64,000 bases of DNA from an uncultured bacterium (GTDB lineage Bacteria > Fidelibacterota > Marinisomatia > SCGC-AAA003-L08 > TS1B11), in contig CBDVAP010000002.1 in the NCBI GenBank assembly GCA_965372015.1, positions 568-64,567 on the forward strand, in the 5' to 3' direction. Every line of letters begins with the position of its first letter. The first letter of the stretch is position 1. Of the stretch, positions 57,016 through 64,000 are shown one piece after another. The notes beneath the pieces were generated by a model. The model was not told where the DNA came from. It worked only from the letters and a program-made list of their open reading frames with translations, and searched no databases. Position numbers and translations under genes: made by a program.

Positions 57016-57376
57016 TGGTGGAGGCGGGGGGAGTCGAACCCCCGTCCGAAAAGGCGACCTGAGCTGCTTCTACGTGCGTAGTCTGTTGCTGAGTCTCACC
57101 GCCCGGGCGCCGGCAGACAAACTACCGGGCGGCCAGCCCGCAAAGTCTTATCCCGTACCTGCGGGCAATGTACGGGACCAGTCCACTAATATGACGCCGG
57201 CACCTGGGGAAATGGACACTCCTCAGGGCGACGAGCTGCCTAACTGTTAAGCGGCAGCCAGATAACCGTAGTTATCGGCATTTGTGTTGAATTGCCCGGA
57301 TGATTCACGAGGTAACCAGACATCCTCGGCACGCCACGGCTCTCATCGTCCAATCCGTCGAAGCCGTTTCGCCCCC
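57016..57376 (-). ncRNA. ssrA: tmRNA (SsrA)
   Basis: 5' GGGGGCGAAACGGCTTCGACGG and 3' GGACGGGGGTTCGACTCCCCCCGCCTCCACCA form an acceptor stem with a G3-U pair. Tag reading frame GCC GAT AAC TAC GGT TAT CTG GCT GCC GCT TAA (ADNYGYLAAA) at 57247-57279. Confidence 0.9.
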
Positions 57377-57514
57377 TTTTCAAAGAGCTGCAACCTATCA
57401 ACCCTAAAGGCTGTTTTCGGTCACCTGGATAATATAACTTGTTTCCCGCTCAATCCCAAGGATTTGCGCGGCTCGATCTTAATCCTAATCGGTCGATAGT
57501 GAAAGATATTTAAT

Positions 57515-58723
57515 ATGATCAAGATCACCTCGGAAACGCTGCCCCAGTTCCAAAAGTTCCTGCGGGACCGGGAACTGGATGGTTGGCTGCTCTACGACTT
57601 CCACCACCTCAACCCTTTCGCTTACCTGTTCCTGCCCTTGGACAATGGCGTTTTCACCCGCCGTTGGTTCTATTTCCTGCCGGCCAAGGGCGCTCCGCAA
57701 ATAATGGTGCACCGCATTGAGCAGCACCATTTCACCCATCTGACCGGCGAGCACCATCCCTACAGCGGTTGGCGCGAGCTGGAGGCCGGCCTGGGGGACC
57801 TGCTCCAAGGCAGCGAAAAAATCGCCATGGAATACTCCCCCGGCGGGGCCTTGCCGTACGTGAGCATGATCGACGCCGGTACCCTGGAGCTGGTGCGCAG
57901 CAAAGGGGTGCAGGTGTTCTCCTCGGCGGACATTATCCAGTACTTTCATTCCCGTTGGACCCCCACTGGTTACCAGGCTCATAAGGCCACGGTACCAGTG
58001 GTGCACGAAATTCGCGAAAAGGCGTTTAAAGCCATCGCCCAGGCCATCCGGAATGGCCAGGCGATTACCGAGTACCACATCCAGCAACAGATCGTGGCCG
58101 ATTTCACTGCCGCCGGCCTGAAGTTCGATCATCCACCTATCGTCGCGGTGAACGACCACGCCGCCCAACCCCATTACTCGCCCAGCGCCCAGTCCAGCGC
58201 GCCCATCAAAAAGGGCGATCTGGTGCTCATCGACATGTGGTGCAAACAGGCCGACGATCCCGAGGCCACTTACGTAGACATCACCTGGACCGCTTTCGTT
58301 GGTGAAAAGGTGCCTGAGAAAATCGCCCGGGTCTTCGATATCGTCCGCCAGGCACGCGATACAGCCGTGGCCTTCGTTACCGAACAGCTGGCCAGTGGAC
58401 AACCAGTCATGGGCGGCGAGGTGGACGACGCCTGCCGGCAGGTGATCGAGCGGGCGGGCTACGGGGAGTACTTCACCCACCGCACCGGCCATTCCATCGA
58501 TACCGAGGTGCACGGCGCCGGGGTGAATATCGACCACATGGAGGTGCGCGACGACCGCACCCTGATACCCGGGGTGGGCTTTTCCATTGAACCGGGCATC
58601 TACCTGCCGGGTGAGTTCGGCATTCGCAGCGAGATCGACTGCTACATGGGCGAAAGCGGCGTGGAAGTAACCACCGCCCCCTCCCAGGAGGAGGTGCTGC
58701 CGCTGCTGGCGCTCTGGCAGTAG
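57515..58723 (+). CDS. M24-family Xaa-Pro aminopeptidase
   Basis: DLVLIDMW...D, HRTGHSID, GFSIEPGIY..GEFGIRSE metal ligands. Confidence 0.85.
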   Translation: MIKITSETLPQFQKFLRDRELDGWLLYDFHHLNPFAYLFLPLDNGVFTRRWFYFLPAKGAPQIMVHRIEQHHFTHLTGEHHPYSGWRELEAGLGDLLQGSEKIAMEYSPGGALPYVSMIDAGTLELVRSKGVQVFSSADIIQYFHSRWTPTGYQAHKATVPVVHEIREKAFKAIAQAIRNGQAITEYHIQQQIVADFTAAGLKFDHPPIVAVNDHAAQPHYSPSAQSSAPIKKGDLVLIDMWCKQADDPEATYVDITWTAFVGEKVPEKIARVFDIVRQARDTAVAFVTEQLASGQPVMGGEVDDACRQVIERAGYGEYFTHRTGHSIDTEVHGAGVNIDHMEVRDDRTLIPGVGFSIEPGIYLPGEFGIRSEIDCYMGESGVEVTTAPSQEEVLPLLALWQ

Positions 58724-58868
58724 CCCGCGGCAAGTGGCGGCCGTCACCAGGTCGCAGCATGATCCAGGACGTTAGCCAAGGTCCCGGTTATGATATTCAT
58801 CATTGATTTCTATAGTTTTTCTTAGTAGACTGCGACCAACTCCGCTCTATCAATATTAGGAGACCAAC

Positions 58869-61800
58869 ATGCATCAGCTGTATTACTCCCGTAAGTGCTG
58901 CACTCTCACTTTAATGGTTACCTGTCTAGTGCTGGCCTCGCAACTGCATGCCCAGGCACCAGACACTCTCTGGACAAAATCCTTTGGCACTGAATTTGAG
59001 GTGATGTTCAACTCAATAGAACAGCTGCCTGGTGGGGGATACATTTTAGCTGGACATAGGGAATTCTCCAACGATCCGGACAGAGAAGTTAGATTAGCTA
59101 CCCGTGCATATTGGTTGGTCCGCCTGAATAGTGCCGGGGATGACACCGTATGGACAGAAGCTTTCCCCGCTGGTGGTACCGAAGGCCGCATGGCCATAGC
59201 CACATCCGATAGCGGTGCTGTGATCGTAGGTACCGGAGATCCCAGGATCATCAAAACCAATGGTGATGGTGTTCTTCAGTGGCAACTTGGAGAAACCGAA
59301 CTAGATGGGGGTATCCTTGGGATTGAAGAAACCGCTGATGGCGGTTTTATAGCCTGCGGGTATAATGATTCTGGCCCAACTGGTGGTGCCAGCATCGCAA
59401 GAATTACTGCTGCCGGAGCCGTCACTTGGCAAAAAGCATATGGGCCAGCGTATGACTCCTACCTGTTCTCGATTACTGAACTAAGCAATGGAGATTTTGC
59501 TGCGGCTGGTCTTCATGGCACATTCTCGGAGGGTAACAGCGGTGATGGGTGGCTATTTATGATATCCGCCGCCGGCGATTCCTCTTCATCGGTTTTTTAT
59601 GGTGTTCAAACAGTTAGTAATCACGAATATTTTTCTACCATCAGGTCTACGAGTGATGGTGGATTCATCCTCCTAGGTAACCAAGAGCTGGACGGGCAAA
59701 GCAGGACACCATACCTGGTCAGAACTAATGGCGCAGGTGTGGAGCAATGGGCAACAACACTGAGCAGTACAGTGGTGGGTGAACTGCTTGATGTCATTCA
59801 GACAAGTGATGGAGGATTCACACTGACGGGATATGGCGATCTGACTTTAGCCGATGGCTTCGAGATGGTGCTAATCCATACCAATAATGCGGATGGTACC
59901 ACCGCTTGGACCAAGCAGGTAAATACTCCTGCTGGGGCAGCTGGCTTGGGATTGGTAGAAATATCCGCCGGTGAATATCTAGCTGCGGGAGTGATAATTC
60001 CGGAAACGGACGCTCCCATGGACGGTTGGATTGTGCGCCTGGGAGTAAGTGCGGCTAACTTATTTGAACAAGACTCCCTGGCCCTGGTGGACATATACAA
60101 CACCATGGACGGTGCCAACTGGAACAACCCCTGGACACTTACGGATCCCGTCATCACCTGGGATGGCGTGACCATCTACAATGGCAGAGTTACACAACTG
60201 AGCTTCTATAACAAAAACTTGTCCGGCTCGATTCCGCCCTCGATTGTTGACCTCACCGCAGTATGGAATCTATCGTTCAACGGCAATCCGGGTCTCGATT
60301 CAATCCCCGCTTTTATAGGGCAGATGACAAATCTGTATACACTGGATTTATCGTTTTGTAGTCTCACCACTGTACCCACGGAGCTAGGTAATCTGGAAAA
60401 TCTGGAAACTTTGTACCTCCAAAACAATTCGCTGACGGGCGTCTTCCCTGTCTGGCTTGCTGACCTTTCAAACTTGATGACTTTGCGGATCGATAACAAC
60501 CAATTTACCGGGCCTATCCCAACGGCTGTCACGACTCTGGCGAACCTCACCACGTTTTGGATCAACAACAACCGTTTCAACTTTGCTGATATCGAACCAC
60601 TGATTCAGGCCGGACTGCCCGTGACCTACGCACCCCAGGCGGATGTGGGCACACCGGTAGATACGACTGCCTACCTGGGGCAGCCTTTCAGTATCGAGTT
60701 CACGACGCCTGGAACGGCCAATACGTACCAGTGGCAGAAGAACAATGTAAATATTACCGGAGAAATCGATCCCGTTTTGAGCTTTACCGCCATCGCCTAC
60801 ACGGATTCAGGCAGCTATGATGTCACCATCGAAAACACCATCGCGATTGCCCTGACTCTTTCCAGCGAGGATATATTTATCCATGTCGTTCTGCCGCCCA
60901 TTCATTTCGATTCTCTCGCCCTGGTGGCTCTGTATAATAGCACCGATGGTGCCAACTGGACCAACAGCACCGGGTGGCTCCATCCGGATTCTACGCTATC
61001 CACCTGGTACGGCATCACCATCTCAGGGGACCGGGTCACGGGTCTGGAGATGTCCTCTAACAATCTTTCGGGCACCCTCCCCACCGAGATTGGTAACCTC
61101 ACCAGTTTGTTGCATTTGACGCTTTCCAGCAACCAATTGACCGGCGCTATTCCCGCTGAGATCGGTAGCCTCACTCGCCTGTTCACACTGGAGCTTTATT
61201 CCAATCAACTGACCGGTTCTATTCCCCCCGATATCTGGAACCTGGATAATTTGACGATCTTGTCCCTTGGCGGGAACCAACTAACCGGAGCTATTCCAGT
61301 CGAGATCGGCAATCTCATTAATTTGGGCAGTTTGAACCTTTCCAATAGCCAACTCACCGGAACCATTCCCAATGAGATCAGCGCTCTAACCGCTTTATGG
61401 GCCATAGAACTGGGCGGCAACCAATTATCCGGTCCTATTCCCACGGGGATTGGCAACCTCACGAATCTGTGGAACCTAAGTCTTACAGGGAATCAGCTAA
61501 CGGGTTCTATTCCTTCCGGGATTGGCAACCTCACGAAACTGACTTTCCTGCGGCTTGCATACAATCAACTAACCGGTGCCATCCCAGCCGGAATAGGCAA
61601 CATGCCTGCTCTGACAATCCTGACAATGGGAGGCAATCAACTAACCGGTCCGATTCCCCCGGAGATCGGCAAAGACACCAGCCTGACCTGGCTTGACCTG
61701 TCCGATAATAAGCTCACCGGCCCCATCCCTGCGGAGATGGGCAAACTGACCAAACTGGATAACGTATACCTGAATATGAACCAGTTATCTGGTACTATTC

Positions 61801-62699
61801 CCGCTGAACTGGGAAACCTGACTAATTGCACTTATTTATATATGCACGCCAACCAACTCACCGGTGCAGTCCCGCCTGAGATTGGCGGCCTGGCCAGCGT
61901 GACCTCTCTGCAATTGGGACACAACCTATTGACATCAATCCCAGCGGAAATCGGAAATCTGTTGGCTCTTAACACCCTGAATCTAGATTTCAATCGGTTA
62001 GCGGACTTGCCAGATCTCAGTACTCTAACTTCATTATCCCTGCTACAGATAAATGACAACATGCTCACCTTCGGTGATATCGAACCTCTTATGGGTTTGT
62101 CTATCGGATATATACAATATGCGGGGCAGGATTGTGTAGGTACCGAGATAGATACTACCGTAGATATTGGAACCCGGCTGGTTATGTCGGTATCAACAGA
62201 CGGCGACTCTAACCATTACGCATGGTGGCAGGTGACTGGTATGTACCCGCGCGGCACCGACAGTGACACCCTGGTCATTGAATCAGTAAGTCCCTCGGAT
62301 TCTGGTGCTTACGTCTGTTACATTGGAAATACCCTCGCCGACCAGCTCACGCTTATCAGCCGGCCCGTCTACGTCACCGTAATCGGAGGCCTGGCAGTTT
62401 CGGAAAATGAGGGTATCCCGGCTGAATTCGCCCTGCATGCCAACTATCCGAACCCCTTCAATCCCAGTACGACCATCCGCTTCGATCTGCCCCAGGCCTC
62501 GGAAGTCCACCTGGCGGTCTACGATATCCTTGGCCGGGAGGTGGTGCGGCTGGTGGACGAGAGGCTGGAACCGGCTTATCACCAAGTCACCTGGAACGGC
62601 AGGACCGCCCACGGTATGGATGTACCTACCGGTATCTATATTGCGCGGTTGGTTACGCCCCAGTACACCAGGTCCATCAAGATGCTTTTATTGAAATAG
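58869..62699 (+). CDS. Large secreted protein: propeller-like repeats, then two [LRR cap - 24-aa LRR array - Ig-like] modules, then a T9SS C-terminal sorting domain
   Basis: Signal peptide; xGDxxW repeats; LxxLxLxxNQLTGxIPxxIGNL repeats (about 16 in the second array); YQWQKNNVNI...DSGSYDV Ig-like; C-terminus NYPNPFNPSTTIRFDLP...GIYIARLVTPQYTRSIKMLLLK. Confidence 0.85.
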   Translation: MHQLYYSRKCCTLTLMVTCLVLASQLHAQAPDTLWTKSFGTEFEVMFNSIEQLPGGGYILAGHREFSNDPDREVRLATRAYWLVRLNSAGDDTVWTEAFPAGGTEGRMAIATSDSGAVIVGTGDPRIIKTNGDGVLQWQLGETELDGGILGIEETADGGFIACGYNDSGPTGGASIARITAAGAVTWQKAYGPAYDSYLFSITELSNGDFAAAGLHGTFSEGNSGDGWLFMISAAGDSSSSVFYGVQTVSNHEYFSTIRSTSDGGFILLGNQELDGQSRTPYLVRTNGAGVEQWATTLSSTVVGELLDVIQTSDGGFTLTGYGDLTLADGFEMVLIHTNNADGTTAWTKQVNTPAGAAGLGLVEISAGEYLAAGVIIPETDAPMDGWIVRLGVSAANLFEQDSLALVDIYNTMDGANWNNPWTLTDPVITWDGVTIYNGRVTQLSFYNKNLSGSIPPSIVDLTAVWNLSFNGNPGLDSIPAFIGQMTNLYTLDLSFCSLTTVPTELGNLENLETLYLQNNSLTGVFPVWLADLSNLMTLRIDNNQFTGPIPTAVTTLANLTTFWINNNRFNFADIEPLIQAGLPVTYAPQADVGTPVDTTAYLGQPFSIEFTTPGTANTYQWQKNNVNITGEIDPVLSFTAIAYTDSGSYDVTIENTIAIALTLSSEDIFIHVVLPPIHFDSLALVALYNSTDGANWTNSTGWLHPDSTLSTWYGITISGDRVTGLEMSSNNLSGTLPTEIGNLTSLLHLTLSSNQLTGAIPAEIGSLTRLFTLELYSNQLTGSIPPDIWNLDNLTILSLGGNQLTGAIPVEIGNLINLGSLNLSNSQLTGTIPNEISALTALWAIELGGNQLSGPIPTGIGNLTNLWNLSLTGNQLTGSIPSGIGNLTKLTFLRLAYNQLTGAIPAGIGNMPALTILTMGGNQLTGPIPPEIGKDTSLTWLDLSDNKLTGPIPAEMGKLTKLDNVYLNMNQLSGTIPAELGNLTNCTYLYMHANQLTGAVPPEIGGLASVTSLQLGHNLLTSIPAEIGNLLALNTLNLDFNRLADLPDLSTLTSLSLLQINDNMLTFGDIEPLMGLSIGYIQYAGQDCVGTEIDTTVDIGTRLVMSVSTDGDSNHYAWWQVTGMYPRGTDSDTLVIESVSPSDSGAYVCYIGNTLADQLTLISRPVYVTVIGGLAVSENEGIPAEFALHANYPNPFNPSTTIRFDLPQASEVHLAVYDILGREVVRLVDERLEPAYHQVTWNGRTAHGMDVPTGIYIARLVTPQYTRSIKMLLLK

Positions 62700-62941
62700 G
62701 CCTGTGTATGGTCCCGCAGAATGCGGGGCTGCTCTTGAAATAGTCTCTAATAATACCGAAGGGCCTGCCCCTGCGGCGTAGCACAACCCTGACCATCCCG
62801 ACCACGGGGAGGGCGGGCCTGAGCACTTCAACATGGTTTATCCTGAGCAAAGCGCAGGGCTCCGCACAGGCTTGTCGAAGAATCTCCCTTACCTGCCGAC
62901 TTTTCTCCGGCGACTCCCGGTGGTAAATTTGCCCGCTATTG

Positions 62942-63014
62942 GCGCCATTAGCTCAAATGGTAGAGCAGCGGACTCTTAATCCGAAGGTTGAAGGTTCGAT
63001 TCCTTCATGGCGCA
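62942..63014 (+). tRNA. tRNA-Lys (anticodon CUU)
   Basis: Hand-folded cloverleaf: acceptor gcgccat/atggcgc, anticodon loop cuCUUaa, T-loop ttcgatt, discriminator a. Confidence 0.85.
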
Positions 63015-63048
63015 CAACAGGGTACCAAGGGTGGTGCCCACTGTTTGC

Positions 63049-63121
63049 GACACGGTAGCTCAGTCGGTAGAGCAGCGGCCTTTTAAGCCGTTGGTCGTGG
63101 GTTCGATTCCCACCCGTGTCA
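63049..63121 (+). tRNA. tRNA-Lys (anticodon UUU)
   Basis: Acceptor gacacgg/ccgtgtc, anticodon loop cuUUUaa, T-arm gtggg-ttcgatt-cccac. Confidence 0.85.
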
Positions 63122-63941
63122 CAACGTCAAGACCCTCTATTCCCGACGGGACTAGGGGGTCTTCTGTTGCCTGGTGTGTAGTTGCAGGTTGGGCAGGCTT
63201 AGGCAGCTCAGAGGGGGGGTCTAGGCGCGTTTTGGGCGCGTTTTTTGGGCGCGTTTTTAGCAAGCTGTCAATATTGGTATCGGATAGCCGCCCGGTGAAA
63301 TGATCCCCCAGGTCTGTCAACATCTTTCGCCTTCGTTCCTCGAGTTGCTTGTAGTAATATTTCTCGGTGATTTTGATTGTGCTATGCCCGGCAATCTTGG
63401 ATACGTCCTCCAAGGGATAGCCAAGGTAAATCAGGTGGGATACAAAGCTGTCCCGCAAATCGTGAACCGTTGCATCTATCCTGGCGCTGTTGAGAATCGC
63501 CTTGATTTTATGCCCTATATAGGCTGGAGTAAACGGAAAGGGGTAAAGCGAATCCGCTGGCTCGATGTATCGAGCCTTGCGATACGGTTTCATCCTTAAT
63601 TCCCTAAAGATTTCTAGCAAGACTGTATCCAAGGGAAACTCGGTGGATTTGTGGCCCTTGCGGATCGGTAGCGTCAGAATTTCATTCTCGAAATCTATGC
63701 CCTTCCAAGTGAGCTTGGGCTTGAGCACTTCCGAAAGTCGCGCACCAGTCAAGAGGTAAACCATAATTAAGGGATACCACCGGTTGCCGGGTGGACATTT
63801 CTTGAAAAGCCGCTCGAGTTCGGCGGGGGTCAATGGCCTTGGTCGGCCTGTATCGGCTGGGAATAGTTCAACGGCAGCAAAAGGATTGGAGGAAATGTAG
63901 TCTTTTTTCCAGCCTGACCTGCCCCCCAAAAGCTGTACCAA
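63060..63941 (-). CDS. Tyrosine recombinase/integrase (catalytic domain intact; N-terminus short; 3' end of the ORF reads antisense through tRNA-Lys)
   Basis: TGARLSE (Arg), HDLRDS (His-x-x-Arg), GHSTIKITEKYY (His, Tyr). TTG start with an in-frame TGA two codons upstream. The last ~20 codons (VTRVGIEPTTNGLKGRCSTD) are the tRNA complement. Confidence 0.7.
   Translation of the reverse strand: MVQLLGGRSGWKKDYISSNPFAAVELFPADTGRPRPLTPAELERLFKKCPPGNRWYPLIMVYLLTGARLSEVLKPKLTWKGIDFENEILTLPIRKGHKSTEFPLDTVLLEIFRELRMKPYRKARYIEPADSLYPFPFTPAYIGHKIKAILNSARIDATVHDLRDSFVSHLIYLGYPLEDVSKIAGHSTIKITEKYYYKQLEERRRKMLTDLGDHFTGRLSDTNIDSLLKTRPKNAPKTRLDPPSELPKPAQPATTHQATEDPLVPSGIEGLDVVTRVGIEPTTNGLKGRCSTD
63224..63258. 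repeat. Three tandem copies of g(g)gcgcgtttt(tt)
   Basis: ggcgcgtttt gggcgcgtttttt gggcgcgttttt, read directly. Confidence 0.8.
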
Positions 63942-64000
63942 TGTTCAAGTTAGGATTGAGGCCAGAATGAAGGAGACCGGAAAATGCCCAGGACGGGCTT

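Noticed and set aside
57485-58747. 420-aa ORF on the minus strand
   Set aside because: It is entirely antisense to the well-supported M24 aminopeptidase gene. Its composition is Gly/Ala/His/Leu-rich and low in complexity, as is typical of shadow ORFs in high-GC DNA. No motifs were found.
60900-62100. Regular ~72-nt periodicity that could mimic a repeat-spacer array
   Set aside because: The periodicity lies in frame inside a continuous ORF and encodes 24-residue LRRs. The repeats are divergent at the DNA level and there are no unique spacers, so this is not a CRISPR array.
63942-63947. In-frame TGA two codons upstream of the integrase TTG start as a second Sec codon
   Set aside because: There is no redox motif context, no downstream hairpin at the right spacing, and the upstream in-frame peptide is not integrase-like. 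Truncation or a frameshift is more likely.

Overview
This is a high-GC bacterial chromosomal window. Three large secreted proteins end in Por/T9SS-type C-terminal sorting domains (NYPNPFNP...IYxARL...IKMxLLK), which points to the Fibrobacteres-Chlorobi-Bacteroidetes superphylum; that placement is an inference, not a search result. Most of the window is core metabolism and housekeeping: two TonB-dependent-type outer-membrane proteins, an RRM RNA-binding protein, tig-clpP-clpX, tmRNA, a pirin, an MscS-family channel, peptidases, and a cluster of two histidine kinases with two single-domain response regulators.

The dominant feature is a 16-gene same-strand aromatic amino-acid supraoperon at 41.4-55.6 kb (trpEGDCFBA, pheA, tyrA, DAHP synthase, aroA, aroE, aroC, aroK, aroB, aroQ). 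No intergenic gap exceeds 20 nt, and a separate chorismate mutase gene lies upstream.

The findings I consider most worth follow-up:
- An unannotated 20-codon leader ORF (MISTRLVRFYFYYWWQPPQG) has seven consecutive Phe/Tyr/Trp codons. It is followed by mutually exclusive antiterminator and terminator helices just upstream of trpE. This suggests ribosome-mediated attenuation that senses all three aromatic amino acids.
- An in-frame TGA replaces the first Cys of a WCxxC thioredoxin motif and is followed by a SECIS-like 17-nt hairpin. Reading through it turns a truncated track ORF into a 352-aa exported thioredoxin/TPR selenoprotein candidate.
- A GIY-YIG nuclease gene sits 14 nt after the tmRNA CCA end. 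It is bracketed by a duplicated tmRNA 3' end whose distal copy is split by a 66-nt hairpin-rich insert.
- A roughly 2.5-kb AT-rich island carries AraC, membrane-protein and methyltransferase genes.
- A tRNA-Lys pair abuts a tyrosine recombinase at the window edge.

I saw no CRISPR array, rRNA or recognisable defence system. All calls come from reading the sequence and ORF track by eye; no database search or folding program was run.
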